A stretch of 64,000 nt of DNA from Flavobacteriales bacterium (lineage in GTDB: Bacteria > Bacteroidota > Bacteroidia > Flavobacteriales > JANQLC01): contig JANQLC010000008.1 of the NCBI GenBank assembly GCA_028280815.1, positions 8,492 through 72,491 on the forward strand, read 5' to 3'. Position numbers and translations under genes: made by a program. The notes below the pieces were generated by a model that was not told where the DNA came from, made no database searches, and saw only the letters and a list, made by a program, of their open reading frames with translations. How positions within the stretch are numbered: position 1 is the first letter of the stretch; the number at the start of each line of letters is the position of its first letter. Below, piece by piece: positions 51,775 to 63,873 of this stretch.

Positions 51775-51881
51775 CGCTATTCCACTTACACTTAAACCAG
51801 AAAAAATAGAATAACTAAGCCTCTTATTCCATCGGTTTGGGATAGGGCCGGTCATACGAACGGATTAGATCGCATATCGCA

Positions 51882-52259
51882 ATGGGTCTGCAAGGGTTTG
51901 GATTAATCGCTTATCTTTATCTGGTAAGCACCCACCATGCTCAATACGACTACAGAAAGAGATATCCCATCAATCTCATGGCCAATCCGATCGATACAAC
52001 GCCTATCGAAAAAGGGGTACCCCGCTCAAAAACCGCTGAGCCGATACCTAAATCGGTTAGGCTATCAACAGCGGAGGCGAAAAAAGTGCTGAGACAATTC
52101 AATCAGACTGCCACAGACTTCCCGAGGGATAAAGCCCGATACGACTGTAACGCTTACCTATATGGACCTAAAAATTTATACCGACGGGGACATTACACAC
52201 CAACACCGATGAATTTTGAGCAGTTTTCAACACACAGTGAAAGCATACTTCCCCAATAG
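51882..52259 (+). CDS. hypothetical protein (low-GC islet)
   Basis: 125-aa ORF with no recognisable motif. An internal ATG at 51978 (MANPIDTTPIEKG) is an alternative start. Confidence 0.3.
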   Translation: MGLQGFGLIAYLYLVSTHHAQYDYRKRYPINLMANPIDTTPIEKGVPRSKTAEPIPKSVRLSTAEAKKVLRQFNQTATDFPRDKARYDCNAYLYGPKNLYRRGHYTPTPMNFEQFSTHSESILPQ

Positions 52260-52338
52260 GTGTCGATAGAAGGTTTATCAATTTTTATTACTTTTGTCGT
52301 ACAGAGAAAAAGGAAAGCAGCAAACATACATAAAGAGG

Positions 52339-52649
52339 ATGAATAAGATTGAAAGAAAAACAGTCCTCTTATTTCCAAAGCGGAATTTTTGGACTGGATT
52401 TTCCGGTATCCTAAATACCTTTCGAGACAAATACCGATTCAACACTTCAAAATCAGGAGAAGAACCTTTAATCAGTGTGCAACAGGACAGTGGATGGGGT
52501 TTTTCATAGCGATCGCATTTGCAATTATAGCTTGGGATTTAGCTGAGGAAGGGCAACCTAGGGTAGCTTCCATTTTAGGTGGAATTGACCTCGTAGTGCC
52601 GGTAACTGTTTTTATCAGTGGAAAGATAAGCGATGAATCTAAAGAATAA
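52339..52649 (+). pseudogene. small hypothetical gene split by a frameshift at a G4T5 run
   Basis: ORFs 52294..52509 and 52389..52649 join if the T5 run at 52500-52504 becomes T6: ..ISVQQDSGWGFFIAIAFAIIAWDLAEEG... No family assignment. Confidence 0.3.
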
Positions 52650-52744
52650 GAAAACTTTATGCAGTTCCCTGTAACGACAGGTAGCAAAGGACGATTTTGA
52701 GATCGTGCTGTCAATTCGAGGAAGGTATTTAATTTAACTACGGG

Positions 52745-53311
52745 CTATTTCACAGCCTTGTCATCCGCGTCTCGTCCGGCCTGCTCTTCAGGATTTTCTC
52801 CACTGGGTTTTTCGGCTGTTCCTCCGGTTTCTTTCTCTGCTTCAGTCACTTTGGATTCCGATTTACCCAACTGATCCCCCTCGGCAGCAGCCGCTCTTTT
52901 ACCCGCACGGCGCGTTTTCTTGCGCTTGCTCGTCTTTTCAGCGCGGTACAATTCGTTGTAATCCACCAACTCGATCAGCGCCGTTTCGGCACCATCGCCC
53001 CGACGAAAACCGGTTTTGACAACTCGTGTGTACCCACCAGGTCTATCCTTAATCCGGCTCGCGACTTCTCCAAACAACTCGCTTACCCCTTCTTTGTTTC
53101 TCAAATAGCCGAAGGCGATTCGGCGCGAATGGGTCGTATCGGACTTGGACCGGGTCAGCAAAGGCTCGACAAAGCGTTGCAGGGCTTTGGCCTTGGCCAC
53201 GGTGCTGTGAATCCGCTTGTGTTGGATAAGCGAATTCGCCATATTGGCCAACATCGCTTTTCTGTGTGATGACTTGCGCTTTAAGTGATTGAATTTCTTT
53301 CCGTGTCTCAT
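52745..53311 (-). CDS. rplQ: 50S ribosomal protein L17 (with long charged C-terminal tail)
   Basis: [21 protein letters not shown] is a typical L17 start. It follows rpoA. Confidence 0.95.
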   Translation of the reverse strand: MRHGKKFNHLKRKSSHRKAMLANMANSLIQHKRIHSTVAKAKALQRFVEPLLTRSKSDTTHSRRIAFGYLRNKEGVSELFGEVASRIKDRPGGYTRVVKTGFRRGDGAETALIELVDYNELYRAEKTSKRKKTRRAGKRAAAAEGDQLGKSESKVTEAEKETGGTAEKPSGENPEEQAGRDADDKAVK

Positions 53312-53322
53312 GATCCCGTGGA

Positions 53323-54315
53323 TTAATCTCCATCCAGTCTGTAATCGGCCAGATCCATACCGAACTGCAAGCCCTTGCGCTCTACCAACTCGGCCAACTC
53401 GATCAAGGATTTCTTACCGAAGTTTCTAAATTTCAACAAATCCGATTTGTTGTAGACGACCAGTTCCCCCAAGGTCTCCACCTCAGCAGCTTTCAAGCAG
53501 TTCAAAGCGCGCACGGACAAATCCAAATCCACCAACTTGGTCTTGAGCAACTGCCGCATATGCAGCGAACCCTCATCGTAAGAATCGCTATCCATCACTT
53601 CGTCCGCCTCTGCGGTAATGCGGTCATCGGCGAAGAGCATAAAGTGGCGAATCAATATCTTAGCCGCTTCGGTCAAGGCGTCTTTGGGGGCGATGGAAGC
53701 ATCGGTTTCAATGTCCAAAGTCAATTTCTCATAGTCGGTTTTTTGTCCCACACGGTAGTTTTCTACATGGTATTTCACATTTTTAATCGGCGTGAAGATG
53801 GAATCGATAAAAATGGTTCCAACAGGGGCCTCCACAACTTTATTCTCCTCTGCCGGTACATAACCCCGTCCCTTACCGATGGTAAGCGTCATCGCGAGCA
53901 CCACACCTTCGCCCACATGACATATGACCGATTCGGGGTTGAGAATTTGAAAGTTGCTGAGGAATTTTTGCATATCACCAGCGGTGATCACCTCTTTTCC
54001 AGCGATGGAAAACGAAGCCGTCTCATCGTCCATCCCGACTACCTGCTGTTTGAACCGCAGCTTTTTTAGGTTTAGAACGATCTCGGTCACATCCTCAACC
54101 ACACCCTGGATCGTTGAAAACTCGTGTTCCACACCTTCGATTTTTAACGCCGTAATGGCAAAGCCTTCCAAGGCGGAGAGCAATACCCGGCGGATCGCAT
54201 TACCCACTGTCAAACCATACCCAGGCTCTAAGGGGCGAAACTCGAACTCACCTCGTGATGGGGTCGTCCGCAACTGGGTTACCTTATCGGGCTTTATAAA
54301 ATTGAGAATGGCCAT
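53323..54315 (-). CDS. rpoA: DNA-directed RNA polymerase subunit alpha
   Basis: 330 aa with typical NTD and CTD ([23 protein letters not shown]). Confidence 0.97.
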   Translation of the reverse strand: MAILNFIKPDKVTQLRTTPSRGEFEFRPLEPGYGLTVGNAIRRVLLSALEGFAITALKIEGVEHEFSTIQGVVEDVTEIVLNLKKLRFKQQVVGMDDETASFSIAGKEVITAGDMQKFLSNFQILNPESVICHVGEGVVLAMTLTIGKGRGYVPAEENKVVEAPVGTIFIDSIFTPIKNVKYHVENYRVGQKTDYEKLTLDIETDASIAPKDALTEAAKILIRHFMLFADDRITAEADEVMDSDSYDEGSLHMRQLLKTKLVDLDLSVRALNCLKAAEVETLGELVVYNKSDLLKFRNFGKKSLIELAELVERKGLQFGMDLADYRLDGD

Positions 54316-54332
54316 AATCTGCTTTCGTATTG

Positions 54333-54935
54333 TTATTTGGAATACAGTTCAACGATCAATTGTTCTTTGATATTTTCAGGAATTTGAGCGCGCTGTGGAA
54401 CCGCGTGAAATTCACCCACCTCGGTATCGGGGTTCCAAGTCAGCCAATCGCAATCCCGGCGGTTGTCCAAAGCCGATCGAATGAGTGGCAGGTTTTTAGA
54501 GCGCTCGCGAACCGCGATCAAATCGCCGGGCCGCAAGCGGTAAGAGGAGATATTGACCACCACAGCGTTCACGGTGATGTGGCGATGGCTGACGAGTTGT
54601 CGAGCCGCCCGCCGCGAGGGTGCTATACCCAAGCGATAGACCACATTGTCCAAGCGCGACTCGCAGAGCTGTAGCAATACCTCACCCGTAATTCCCTTGC
54701 TACTCGAAGCGGTTTTGAATAAATTTTCAAACTGGCGCTCCAAAATACCGTAGGTGTGTTTCGCTTTTTGCTTTTCTTCCAACTGCAGGGCGGATTCGGA
54801 TCGCTTGCCCCGGCGGCGGTTCGGACCGTGTTGGCCGGGCGGATATTTCCTGCGCTCATAATACGCATCCGCCCCAAAGATGGGTTCACCGAACTTGCGT
54901 GCAATTCTCGTCTTGGGTCCTCTGTATCTAGCCAT
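54333..54935 (-). CDS. rpsD: 30S ribosomal protein S4
   Basis: [20 protein letters not shown], typical S4. Confidence 0.96.
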   Translation of the reverse strand: MARYRGPKTRIARKFGEPIFGADAYYERRKYPPGQHGPNRRRGKRSESALQLEEKQKAKHTYGILERQFENLFKTASSSKGITGEVLLQLCESRLDNVVYRLGIAPSRRAARQLVSHRHITVNAVVVNISSYRLRPGDLIAVRERSKNLPLIRSALDNRRDCDWLTWNPDTEVGEFHAVPQRAQIPENIKEQLIVELYSK

Positions 54936-54961
54936 CTCCCGGATTCTTTTCGATTAAAAAA

Positions 54962-55345
54962 TTAGACCCTGCGGCGCTTAGGGGGGCGACATCCATTGTG
55001 CGGAACCGGTGTGACATCGACGATTTCAGTCACTTCAATCTCATTGTTGTGCAAGGCTCTGATGGCGGATTCACGACCGCTACCCGCGCCTTTCACAAAG
55101 ACTTTCACCCGCCTCAAACCGGCCTCGTATGCCCTTTTAGCCACATCTGCTGCGGCCATTTGCGCAGCGTAAGGGGTGCTCTTCTTGCCGCCTTTGAAGC
55201 CCATTTTACCCGCGCTCGACCAAGCGATTACCGCCCCCCGCTTGTCTGTCAAGGAGATGATAATATTGTTAAAAGTCGCTTGAATATGGGCTTCACCACT
55301 CGCTTCTACCTTTGCCCTTCGCTTCTTCTGTTGCGATCTAACCAT
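54962..55345 (-). CDS. rpsK: 30S ribosomal protein S11
   Basis: 127 aa with [17 protein letters not shown]. Confidence 0.96.
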   Translation of the reverse strand: MVRSQQKKRRAKVEASGEAHIQATFNNIIISLTDKRGAVIAWSSAGKMGFKGGKKSTPYAAQMAAADVAKRAYEAGLRRVKVFVKGAGSGRESAIRALHNNEIEVTEIVDVTPVPHNGCRPPKRRRV

Positions 55346-55356
55346 AACTCGGTCTC

Positions 55357-55731
55357 TTATTTTGTCACTTTTTTCTTGTTTGCAACCGTCTTGCGCCTGC
55401 CCTTTCGGGTTCGAGAATTGTTTTTGGTGCGCTGACCCCTGAGGGGTAAGCCAGCGCGGTGGCGAATACCGCGATAACTCCCGATATCCATCAGGCGTTT
55501 GATGTGCAGCTGGACTTCCGAACGGAGCGCGCCCTCCACCTTGAAGTCGGACAAGGCTTTTCGAATGTGGTTGATATCGGCATCACTCCAATCGGAGACC
55601 TTCTTGTCTTCATCCACCGCTGCTTCTCGTAAGATTCTCTTGGCGCGGCTTTTACCCACCCCATAAATATACGTCAACCCGATGACACCCCGCTTCGTTT
55701 TGGGTAAATCTATGCCTTCTATCCTCGCCAT
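55357..55731 (-). CDS. rpsM: 30S ribosomal protein S13
   Basis: [14 protein letters not shown], typical S13. Confidence 0.96.
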   Translation of the reverse strand: MARIEGIDLPKTKRGVIGLTYIYGVGKSRAKRILREAAVDEDKKVSDWSDADINHIRKALSDFKVEGALRSEVQLHIKRLMDIGSYRGIRHRAGLPLRGQRTKNNSRTRKGRRKTVANKKKVTK

Positions 55732-55741
55732 AGCCCCCTGA

Positions 55742-55858
55742 TTAACCTTGTCGTTGTTTAAACCTCGGATTCTTCTTGTCGATCACATACAAGCGTCCCT
55801 TCCTGCGGACGAGCTGCGAATCCGCGCTCCGCCGCTTGATCGATGCTCTTACTTTCAT
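55742..55858 (-). CDS. rpmJ: 50S ribosomal protein L36
   Basis: Below the ORF-track size cutoff. My translation is [38 protein letters not shown], a non-zinc L36 form, located between infA and rpsM. Confidence 0.9.
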   Translation of the reverse strand: MKVRASIKRRSADSQLVRRKGRLYVIDKKNPRFKQRQG

Positions 55859-55866
55859 AGCATTTC

Positions 55867-56082
55867 TCAATATCTATACGTAATTCTAGCTTTTGTCAAA
55901 TCGTAAGGTGACATCTCAAGTCTCACCTTATCACCGGGCAACAATTTGATGTAGTGCATGCGCATCTTACCCGATATGTGGGCGGTTACCACATGGCCAT
56001 TTTCGAGCTCAACTCGAAACATCGCGTTTGAGAGCGCATCAACAATGGTACCATCTTGCGCTATAGACGATTGTTTAGCCAT
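55867..56082 (-). CDS. infA: translation initiation factor IF-1
   Basis: 71 aa with [23 protein letters not shown]. Confidence 0.96.
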   Translation of the reverse strand: MAKQSSIAQDGTIVDALSNAMFRVELENGHVVTAHISGKMRMHYIKLLPGDKVRLEMSPYDLTKARITYRY

Positions 56083-56083
56083 A

Positions 56084-57421
56084 CTACGGTGCTACTTTTG
56101 TCTTGGGTTTGGGGCTGCGACCGGATTTCATCAACCAATCGTAGTGCTGGTTTAACAGATAGGAGTCGATCTGCTGAATCACATCGATGGTAACCCCTAC
56201 CACGATCAATAGGGAAGTGCCGCCAAAAAATAAGGCAAATGCCTGCTTGATGCCAAAGAAATAAGCAAAAGCAGGAAATATGGCTATCAAAGCCAAAAAT
56301 ACAGCCCCAGGCAGGGTTATCTTTGACATGATATCGTCCAAATATTCAGCTGTCTCAGAACCGGGGCGCACACCCGGTATAAAACTATTGTTCTTCTTCA
56401 AGTCCTCGGCCATATTGTTGGTCGGAACGGTAATGGCCGTATAGAAATAGGTGAACAAGACGATCAAAACCGCAAAGACGAGGTTATAGGTAAAGCCCCA
56501 CATATTGGTCAGCTGTGTCAAAACTCCTTTGGCCAAGTTTGAGCGGGATAATTGCAACAGGCTTATGGGCAAAAACATGATCGCTTGGGCAAAGATGATG
56601 GGCATCACCCCAGCTGCATTCAACTTCAAGGGGATGTACTGACGGGCACCCACCACCTGGCGGCGGCCCGCTACGGATCGACGGGCATACTGCAGCGGAA
56701 CCTTGCGAACCGCTGTAGTCAACAAAACGGCAAGGCCAATCACGACAATCCACAATGCCGCTTCGATGAGGAGCATCAAATACCCGCCTCCAGCTTGCTG
56801 GACACGGGCCGCGTATTCTTGAATGATGGCAGCCGGTAAGCGGGAGACGATACCCACTGTGATCAGTAGCGAAATACCGTTGCCGATACCGAGGTCTGTG
56901 ATCTTTTCACCCACCCACATGGCAAAGACGGTGCCCGCCACCAAGACGATAATGGCGATAGTCCAGAAAACGGTATTGCTCAACAAAAAGGCCGTGTCGG
57001 GAAGCCGCATTTTAAGGTTTGTGATATAGGCCGGTGCTTGCACCAAACAAATGGCAATGGTCAACCAACGAGTCATCTGGTTGATCTGGTTTCTGCCGCT
57101 TTCCCCCTCTTTTTGCAGCTTCTGAATATAGGGCACCGCGATTCCCATCAACTGCACTACAATGGATGCCGATATATAAGGCATGATACCGAGGGCGATG
57201 ATAGAAGCCTGCGCAAAAGCGCCCCCGGTGAAGGCGTTTAGCAAGCCCAACAAACCACCGGAAGTCTGCCTATCCAAAGCGGCCAACTGGTCGGGGTCAA
57301 TGCCCGGAATCGGTATGAAGGCGCCCAGGCGATACACGAGCAAAAACCCTAGGGTAACCCGGATTCGCCTGCGCAACTCTGCTATCTTCCAAATTTGTTT
57401 TATCGCGGTTACGAATGACAT
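56084..57421 (-). CDS. secY: preprotein translocase subunit SecY
   Basis: 445 aa, 10-TM SecY-like, in the spc operon position. Confidence 0.96.
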   Translation of the reverse strand: MSFVTAIKQIWKIAELRRRIRVTLGFLLVYRLGAFIPIPGIDPDQLAALDRQTSGGLLGLLNAFTGGAFAQASIIALGIMPYISASIVVQLMGIAVPYIQKLQKEGESGRNQINQMTRWLTIAICLVQAPAYITNLKMRLPDTAFLLSNTVFWTIAIIVLVAGTVFAMWVGEKITDLGIGNGISLLITVGIVSRLPAAIIQEYAARVQQAGGGYLMLLIEAALWIVVIGLAVLLTTAVRKVPLQYARRSVAGRRQVVGARQYIPLKLNAAGVMPIIFAQAIMFLPISLLQLSRSNLAKGVLTQLTNMWGFTYNLVFAVLIVLFTYFYTAITVPTNNMAEDLKKNNSFIPGVRPGSETAEYLDDIMSKITLPGAVFLALIAIFPAFAYFFGIKQAFALFFGGTSLLIVVGVTIDVIQQIDSYLLNQHYDWLMKSGRSPKPKTKVAP

Positions 57422-57425
57422 GTCG

Positions 57426-57911
57426 CTATCTCACCACCAGCTTATCGACGGCTACAGGCTCGCCACCAGCCTTTTTAATCGCCGCTTCAGCTGACTTGGA
57501 AAATTTATGCGCATATACCCTTACGGATTCTTTCAGGACGGCGTGGCCCAATATCTTGATCGCATCGCGCTGGCGCGCCAGACCATGGGCTACCAAATGC
57601 GCCGGACGCACCTCAGCTCCGATTTTTCCATCCGTCAGCAATCGCTGAATCACATGCAAATTAACCCCTCGGTACGCCTTTCTACGCACAGGGGTAAAAC
57701 CAAATTTTGGGACGCGGCGCTGCAGCGGCATTTGACCACCTTCAAAGCCCGTTTTCTCCGCGTAGCCAGAACGCGACTTGGCGCCTTTGTGCCCCCGAGA
57801 AGCGGTGCCGCCACAACCACTGGCCTCACCCCTACCCAATCGGCGCTTATTCCGCACAGCGCCCTGAGCGGGCTTCAACTCGTGTAACGAAGTTCCCATC
57901 GCGGTTTTCAT
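57426..57911 (-). CDS. rplO: 50S ribosomal protein L15
   Basis: LHELKPAQGAVRNKRRLGRG. The start is ATG 57911 (ATGA overlap with the rpmD stop) or ATG 57899. Confidence 0.93.
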   Translation of the reverse strand: MKTAMGTSLHELKPAQGAVRNKRRLGRGEASGCGGTASRGHKGAKSRSGYAEKTGFEGGQMPLQRRVPKFGFTPVRRKAYRGVNLHVIQRLLTDGKIGAEVRPAHLVAHGLARQRDAIKILGHAVLKESVRVYAHKFSKSAEAAIKKAGGEPVAVDKLVVR

Positions 57912-58090
57912 TCTACCTCTTCTACTGAAATGAGATGCGCAACCCGTTTGATCATACCTCGAAGCTGTGGCGTCGAGTCGCGTGTCACCACCCCATCGAT
58001 GCGCCGCAGTCCCAATGCTGCCAAAGTCGCTCTTTGACGCTCCGGGCGGTTTATCGCGCTCTTAGTCTGTCTGATCTGAAGCCTTGCCAT
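57908..58090 (-). CDS. rpmD: 50S ribosomal protein L30
   Basis: 60 aa with LQIRQTKSAINRPERQRATLAALGL. Confidence 0.95.
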   Translation of the reverse strand: MARLQIRQTKSAINRPERQRATLAALGLRRIDGVVTRDSTPQLRGMIKRVAHLISVEEVE

Positions 58091-58102
58091 GCCATTCGAT
58101 TC

Positions 58103-58624
58103 TCATCCGTTAAACAGCTTTTGTAACGATATGCCACGCTGACGGGCTATCGCATGCGCATCGCGCAACTGCAACAAGGCATCAAAGGTAGCTTTTACCA
58201 CATTGTGCGGGTTCGAAGAGCCCTTCGATTTGGACAATACATCGCGTATGCCGACGGCTTCGAGCACGATGCGCACGGCTCCACCGGCGATCACGCCCGT
58301 ACCGTGCGAAGCCGGACGGATAAACACCTGGGCGCCCGCAAATTTGCCGTATTGCGCATGGGGGATGCTACCCTTTCTAACCGGAATGCGCAACAACCGC
58401 TTCTTGGCGTTTTCTACCGCTTTCGATATGGCCTCTGAAACCTCTTTGGATTTACCCAAGCCATAGCCGACTACGCCATGGGCATCACCCACTACCACAA
58501 TGGCGGAAAACCCGAAGGCACGGCCGCCCTTGGTCACCTTCGTCACGCGTTGCACACCGACTACGTGATCCTTTAGATCCAAGCCCGCTGGTTTGACCCG
58601 CCTAGCTCTTGCTGTTGCTGACAT
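58103..58624 (-). CDS. rpsE: 30S ribosomal protein S5
   Basis: 173 aa with [24 protein letters not shown]. Confidence 0.96.
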   Translation of the reverse strand: MSATARARRVKPAGLDLKDHVVGVQRVTKVTKGGRAFGFSAIVVVGDAHGVVGYGLGKSKEVSEAISKAVENAKKRLLRIPVRKGSIPHAQYGKFAGAQVFIRPASHGTGVIAGGAVRIVLEAVGIRDVLSKSKGSSNPHNVVKATFDALLQLRDAHAIARQRGISLQKLFNG

Positions 58625-58633
58625 ATGCGCGCT

Positions 58634-58987
58634 TTACAGTTTTAGTCCCCCTCTCCTAGCACCCGCTGCCAATGCTTTCACGCGGCCGTGATACAAGTAA
58701 CCATTGCGATCGAATACCGCCGCCTCAATATGGGCATCCTTAGCAAGCCGGGCCAAGGTTTCGCCGACTGCTGCCGCGCGCTCGACCTGGGTGCCTTGGG
58801 CATCGAATCCCCTATCCCTAGAGGAAGCGGCGGTTAGCGTCACACCAGCCGTATCGTCGATCAATTGTGCGTATATATCACGATTGCTCCTGAAAACAGA
58901 AAGCCTAGGCCGCTCAGGCGTACCCGATATGCGCCTGCGCACGCGGCGCTTGATCTGTAACCGCCTACCTCTCTCGTTATGTGCCAT
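58634..58987 (-). CDS. rplR: 50S ribosomal protein L18
   Basis: 117 aa with [20 protein letters not shown]. Confidence 0.96.
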   Translation of the reverse strand: MAHNERGRRLQIKRRVRRRISGTPERPRLSVFRSNRDIYAQLIDDTAGVTLTAASSRDRGFDAQGTQVERAAAVGETLARLAKDAHIEAAVFDRNGYLYHGRVKALAAGARRGGLKL

Positions 58988-58997
58988 CTCGTTCGTA

Positions 58998-59543
58998 TTA
59001 AGCCGATTTACCTGCCTTTATTCTAATCTGCTCGCCCACAAAGCGCACCCCTTTTCCCTTATAAGGCTCCGGTTTGCGGAAGGAACGTATCTTGGCGGCC
59101 ACCATCCCCAACAATTGCTTATCGCAAGCGGTCAATTTGATGTAGGGATTCTTTCCCTTTTCCATCCGGGTCTCTGCGGTAACCGCTTCGGGTAGCTGGA
59201 ACGCGATATTGTGGGAAAAGCCGAGCGATAGGTCTAAGCGCTGTCCCTGATTGGAGGCTCTATAACCCACGCCCACCAACTCCAACTCCTCGCTAAACCC
59301 ATCGGCTACCCCGACTACCATATTGGCCACCAATGCGCGGTATAAACCGTGCAGGGATCGGGCTGATCGGCTGTCGCCAACACGCGTGATGACCAACCGG
59401 TCTCCTTCTTGCGCCAGGGTGAGTGCAGGGGGCAAGGATTGGGAGAGTTCACCCCGTTTGCCCTTTACGCTAATCCGCTTATCGCGCAACTGAACGCACA
59501 CCCCTTCGGGGATGGTTATAGGTATTTTTCCTATTCTCGACAT
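58998..59543 (-). CDS. rplF: 50S ribosomal protein L6
   Basis: [15 protein letters not shown], typical L6. Confidence 0.96.
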   Translation of the reverse strand: MSRIGKIPITIPEGVCVQLRDKRISVKGKRGELSQSLPPALTLAQEGDRLVITRVGDSRSARSLHGLYRALVANMVVGVADGFSEELELVGVGYRASNQGQRLDLSLGFSHNIAFQLPEAVTAETRMEKGKNPYIKLTACDKQLLGMVAAKIRSFRKPEPYKGKGVRFVGEQIRIKAGKSA

Positions 59544-59561
59544 GACAAAAACCGGAACATT

Positions 59562-59969
59562 TCAATATACGTAGCATAAGATCTCCCCGCCGATGTGATT
59601 GCGGCGCGCCGCTTTATCGGTCATCAAGCCCTGTGAAGTGGATACGATGGCGATACCCAAGCCATTGAGCACGCGCGGCAACTCACGGCAAGACTTGTAG
59701 ACGCGCAGACCCGGCTTGGAAACGCGTTTCAACTCCCGCACAGCCGGCTCCTTACTCAGGCTATCGTACTTCAAATCGATTTTGATGTGATCCCGACCGC
59801 GGTCATTCGTTTCCAATTTATACTGTAAGATATAACCCTGGTCAAAGAGTATCTCGGTGATCTTACGCTTCAGCTTGGAACCGGGTATTTCCACCACTTT
59901 GTGGCGCGCTGCTATGGCATTGCGCAAACGCGTGAGGTAATCAGCTATGGGATCGGTCAACGTGCTCAT
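59562..59969 (-). CDS. rpsH: 30S ribosomal protein S8
   Basis: TDPIADYLTRLRNA, typical S8. Confidence 0.96.
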   Translation of the reverse strand: MSTLTDPIADYLTRLRNAIAARHKVVEIPGSKLKRKITEILFDQGYILQYKLETNDRGRDHIKIDLKYDSLSKEPAVRELKRVSKPGLRVYKSCRELPRVLNGLGIAIVSTSQGLMTDKAARRNHIGGEILCYVY

Positions 59970-59990
59970 CTCTCATTCATTGGGTTAGGC

Positions 59991-60260
59991 TTACCAACTG
60001 GCTTTTTTCACACCGGGAATCAAGCCCCGATTGGCCATTTCTCTAAAGGTAATGCGCGAAAGGCCAAACATTCTCATATACCCGCGCGGACGGCCACTGA
60101 TCTGATCGCGGTTGTGCAGGCGCACGGGTGAGGCGTTCCGCGGCAATTTTTGCAAGGCAGCCCAATCGCCGGCTCGCTTCAAGGCGCTGCGCTTTGCCGC
60201 GTATTTTGCCACCCATTTTTCGCGTTTTCGCTGGCGTGCTTTCATCGATTCCTTAGCCAT
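59991..60260 (-). CDS. rpsN: 30S ribosomal protein S14
   Basis: 89 aa with [15 protein letters not shown] and a C-terminal KASW. Confidence 0.95.
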   Translation of the reverse strand: MAKESMKARQRKREKWVAKYAAKRSALKRAGDWAALQKLPRNASPVRLHNRDQISGRPRGYMRMFGLSRITFREMANRGLIPGVKKASW

Positions 60261-60262
60261 AA

Positions 60263-60826
60263 CTACTCGTTTTTCTCAAAGGGCAAACCAAAGGCTTTCA
60301 ACAGTGCCCTCGCCTCTCTGTCCGTTTGGGCAGAGGTGACAAAGGTGATGTCCATACCGGTAATCCGCTTGACGCGATCAATGTCGATCTCGGGAAAGAT
60401 GATCTGTTCGGCAATGCCGAGGGTATAATTCCCCCTACCGTCAAAGCCCGTCGATCTGATCCCGTTGAAATCGCGGATTCCAGGCAAAGCAGCGTTTACC
60501 AATCGATCCAAAAACTCATACATCCGCTGGCCACGCAGGGTGAGCTTTACGCCAATCGGCATGTTTTTGCGGAGCTTGAAGCCCGCCTCATCCCTTTTGG
60601 AGTGGGTGACGACAGCCCTTTGGCCTGCGATAGCGGTCATCTCTTCCCGCGCGTACTCGATCAGCTTCTTATCCGCTACAGCGGCACCAACACCTTGGGA
60701 GAGCGAGATCTTTTCGAGCCTGGGGGCTTGCATAATCGATTTGTAGGCGAATTCCGATTGTAAAGCACCGGCGATTTCTCCCTGGTAAAGCGCTTGCAGC
60801 CTAGGTGTATAAGTTTGTGTTTTCAT
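60263..60826 (-). CDS. rplE: 50S ribosomal protein L5
   Basis: ATG 60826 ([15 protein letters not shown]) lies directly after the rplX stop. The longer track ORF overlaps rplX. Confidence 0.95.
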   Translation of the reverse strand: MKTQTYTPRLQALYQGEIAGALQSEFAYKSIMQAPRLEKISLSQGVGAAVADKKLIEYAREEMTAIAGQRAVVTHSKRDEAGFKLRKNMPIGVKLTLRGQRMYEFLDRLVNAALPGIRDFNGIRSTGFDGRGNYTLGIAEQIIFPEIDIDRVKRITGMDITFVTSAQTDREARALLKAFGLPFEKNE

Positions 60827-60827
60827 C

Positions 60828-61142
60828 TCAGATGAGCGCGCCCGATTTTTTTGCATAACGCCGCTTATTTCCGCTCTGATCCCATTTGTACCCGACACGC
60901 GTCGCCCCCCCCTTGGGATCGACCAAGGCCACATTGGAAATGTGGATGGGCGCTTCGACCTGTACGACTCCGCCTTGTGGGTTCTCCGCAGAAGGCTTGG
61001 CGTGCTTCTTCATGATATTGACACCGGCTACCCAGACGCGATTCTCAGCGCGCGAGACGCGTATCACTTTGCCCTGGGCGCCCTTATTGGACCCCGCTAT
61101 TGCGATGACCCGGTCACCCGTCTTGATCTTGCACTTCTTCAT
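60828..61142 (-). CDS. rplX: 50S ribosomal protein L24
   Basis: [21 protein letters not shown] (KOW). An alternative start is ATG 61160. Confidence 0.93.
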   Translation of the reverse strand: MKKCKIKTGDRVIAIAGSNKGAQGKVIRVSRAENRVWVAGVNIMKKHAKPSAENPQGGVVQVEAPIHISNVALVDPKGGATRVGYKWDQSGNKRRYAKKSGALI

Positions 61143-61156
61143 CGCCGTCTGTTTTC

Positions 61157-61525
61157 TCATAGGACCTCGGGCGCCAAGGATATGATTTTCATGTATCGCT
61201 TATCGCGCAATTCCCGAGCTATGGGGCCAAACACACGCGTACCCCACATCTCACCCGCTTGATTTAACAACACACAAGCGTTGTCATCAAAGCGTATGTA
61301 CGAACCATCTGGCCGCCTCACCTCCTTTTTGGTGCGAACCACAACCGCGGTGGATACCTGTCCCTTTTTTAGGGTTCCGCCCGGCGTGGCTTCCTTTACG
61401 GATACCACGATGCGATCACCCAAAGTGGCATAGCGCTTTTTGGTTCCGCCCAGCACCCGAACGGTCAGCACTTCTTTAGCCCCAGTGTTATCCGCTACCT
61501 TCAGTCTCGACTCCTGTCGTATCAT
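61157..61525 (-). CDS. rplN: 50S ribosomal protein L14
   Basis: [18 protein letters not shown], typical L14. Confidence 0.97.
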   Translation of the reverse strand: MIRQESRLKVADNTGAKEVLTVRVLGGTKKRYATLGDRIVVSVKEATPGGTLKKGQVSTAVVVRTKKEVRRPDGSYIRFDDNACVLLNQAGEMWGTRVFGPIARELRDKRYMKIISLAPEVL

Positions 61526-61526
61526 C

Positions 61527-61784
61527 TCACTTGACCCGTTGCACCACCTCTACCAATCTCCAACGCTTGGTTTTACTCAGGGGACGCGTCTCCATGATGC
61601 GCACGGTATCCCCTTCCCGACAGGCATTCTGCTCGTCGTGCACGACGTATTTTTTCGTCTTACTCCTGACGAACTTGCTGTATAAGGGATGCTTGGCCTT
61701 TTCGGCTTCAGAGACCACGATGGATTTATCCATCTGGCTTCCGGTAACGATACCGACCCTTACTTTTCTCTTATTTCTCGACAT
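61527..61784 (-). CDS. rpsQ: 30S ribosomal protein S17
   Basis: 85 aa with [15 protein letters not shown]. Confidence 0.95.
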   Translation of the reverse strand: MSRNKRKVRVGIVTGSQMDKSIVVSEAEKAKHPLYSKFVRSKTKKYVVHDEQNACREGDTVRIMETRPLSKTKRWRLVEVVQRVK

Positions 61785-61798
61785 GGCAAAATATTTGG

Positions 61799-61996
61799 TC
61801 AGCCGTTTTCAATTTCTCGCTTTCTGCGTTCAGTAGCCAAACGCGCCAAGGTTCTACGACGCATGCGCAATTGCATGGGCTTCTCAATCGGCGTCACGGC
61901 GTGCGTCCATTTCAACCGATCATAAGCGGATTTCAAATGCGCTATTTTATCCCGAAGCGCCTCTGTTGACAAGGCGCTGATCTCCGATTGTTTCAT
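61799..61996 (-). CDS. rpmC: 50S ribosomal protein L29
   Basis: 65 aa, in the spc/S10 order between rplP and rpsQ. Confidence 0.93.
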   Translation of the reverse strand: MKQSEISALSTEALRDKIAHLKSAYDRLKWTHAVTPIEKPMQLRMRRRTLARLATERRKREIENG

Positions 61997-62002
61997 CTCA
62001 TT

Positions 62003-62434
62003 CTACCCGCTGGGTTGAACCCATTCTGGCGCCACGACAAATCGCGTGCGCACCGGCAGCTTTTGTGCCGCCAAGCGCAGGGCTTCACGCGCCACGTCAT
62101 GTGCTACGCCGCCCACTTCAAACAGTATGCGACCCGGACGCACAGGCACAGCCCAAAATTCGGGGACGCCTTTACCCTTTCCCATGCGCACTTCCTGCGG
62201 CTTACGGGTAATGGGCTTATCTGGAAAAATCCGAATCCACAGTTGCCCTTCCCGCTTCATGTATCGGGTGGCCGAAATGCGCGCCGCTTCGATCTGACGG
62301 GCGGTAATTCGCGAAGCGTCCAAGGCCTTGATGCCATGCGTGCCCTGTGCCAAGCGGTATCCCCGGCCCGCATTCCCCTTTATGCGACCCTTTTGAACCT
62401 TGCGAAATCGAACTCTCTTCGGTTGTAACATCAC
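62003..62434 (-). CDS. rplP: 50S ribosomal protein L16
   Basis: [19 protein letters not shown], typical L16. Confidence 0.96.
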   Translation of the reverse strand: MMLQPKRVRFRKVQKGRIKGNAGRGYRLAQGTHGIKALDASRITARQIEAARISATRYMKREGQLWIRIFPDKPITRKPQEVRMGKGKGVPEFWAVPVRPGRILFEVGGVAHDVAREALRLAAQKLPVRTRFVVAPEWVQPSG

Positions 62435-62457
62435 CTTATCTCTTAAACCACTGAAGG

Positions 62458-63165
62458 CTATCGGCCGCGTTTCCGAGTCGCCTTTCCCCTCGTACGGCTA
62501 CCCTTCTTCGTCAGGCCTACCAATGGAGATAGTTCGCGCTTACCATATACCTCACCCTTCATAATCCAAACCTTCACCCCGATGCGCCCATAAGTGGTAT
62601 GTGCCTCCGTCAGCGCATAATCCAAATCGGCTCGAAAGGTAGAGAGCGTGATCCGGCCTTCCCTATAGGTCTCGGTTCGCGCCATTTCCACCCCATTCAG
62701 CCTGCCGGAGACTTGAACTTTAATGCCTTGGGCATTCATTCGCATGGCAGCCGCAATGGCCATTTTAACCGCTCTGCGGTAAGAGATCCGGCTCTCGACC
62801 TGCCGGGCGATACTCGCTGAGACCAGAACGGCGTCGAGTTCGGGCCTTCTGATTTCAAAGATGTTGATCTGCACCTCTTTCCTCGTGAGCTGCTTGAGCT
62901 CTTCTTTGAGCTTATCGACTTCTTGTCCGCCCTTTCCGATTATAATACCCGGGCGGGCGGTGGTAATCGTAACGGTCACCCATTTCAGGGTGCGTTCAAT
63001 GATAACCTTAGAAACGCTCGCCTGTGATAAACGGGCGGAGAGATAGCGGCGGATTTTGTAATCCCCCAGGATTCTATCGCTGTAGTCGTCGCCCCCATAC
63101 CAGTTGGAATCCCAGCCGCGTATAATGCCCAAGCGATTGCCTATTGGATTTGCCTTTTGTCCCAT
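62458..63165 (-). CDS. rpsC: 30S ribosomal protein S3
   Basis: [14 protein letters not shown] with a KH domain. Confidence 0.97.
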   Translation of the reverse strand: MGQKANPIGNRLGIIRGWDSNWYGGDDYSDRILGDYKIRRYLSARLSQASVSKVIIERTLKWVTVTITTARPGIIIGKGGQEVDKLKEELKQLTRKEVQINIFEIRRPELDAVLVSASIARQVESRISYRRAVKMAIAAAMRMNAQGIKVQVSGRLNGVEMARTETYREGRITLSTFRADLDYALTEAHTTYGRIGVKVWIMKGEVYGKRELSPLVGLTKKGSRTRGKATRKRGR

Positions 63166-63584
63166 TATGAATCGGTTTCTACCGCTTTTCTCGCTCCGAG
63201 AATCAAAGTTACGGAATTGGAACGCTTTCTGATCCGATGTGCTCTGCCTTGCGGTGCTGGGCGTATCCGCTTGAGCGTCCGTCCGCCATCCACGCGGATT
63301 TCCCGCACGAAGAGATCAGCCTCTTCAATGGGGATGCCCTCATTTTTACGCTGCCAATTGGCCAGGGCTGACAACAGCAGCTTTTCTAAGCGCCGAGCGG
63401 CTCCCTTCTTGGAATATTTTAAGATGGCCAAGGCTTTGGCCGCCCCTTGCCCTTTGATCAAGTCGGTGACCAAACGCATTTTACGCGGCGCACCGGGCAC
63501 AGCCCGTAACTTTACCCCTGCCAAACCCTTTTTGGCCTCCGCCCTCTTCTCGGCGCGCAGTCTTTTTCTGGCTCCCATACCCAA
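63165..63584 (-). CDS. rplV: 50S ribosomal protein L22
   Basis: 139 aa with [14 protein letters not shown]. Confidence 0.95.
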   Translation of the reverse strand: MGMGARKRLRAEKRAEAKKGLAGVKLRAVPGAPRKMRLVTDLIKGQGAAKALAILKYSKKGAARRLEKLLLSALANWQRKNEGIPIEEADLFVREIRVDGGRTLKRIRPAPQGRAHRIRKRSNSVTLILGARKAVETDS

Positions 63585-63589
63585 TGAGC

Positions 63590-63868
63590 TTATCGCTTCG
63601 CTTTATTCTTGGCACCGGCATGCCCGCGGAAGGAACGGGTGGGTGCGAATTCGCCCAACTTATGCCCGACCATATTTTCTGTGACATAGACGGGAATGAA
63701 TTGCCTTCCGTTGTGAACGGCTAGGGTTTGACCCACGAAATCAGGAGAGATCATCGAGGCGCGGGACCAGGTTTTGATCACGGCCTTCTCACCCGATTGC
63801 ACATTGCGCATGAGCTTCCTTTCCAGTTTTTGGCAAATGTAGGGGCCTTTTTTTACAGATCGCGCCAT
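63590..63868 (-). CDS. rpsS: 30S ribosomal protein S19
   Basis: [11 protein letters not shown], typical S19. Confidence 0.97.
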   Translation of the reverse strand: MARSVKKGPYICQKLERKLMRNVQSGEKAVIKTWSRASMISPDFVGQTLAVHNGRQFIPVYVTENMVGHKLGEFAPTRSFRGHAGAKNKAKR

Positions 63869-63873
63869 CGTGC

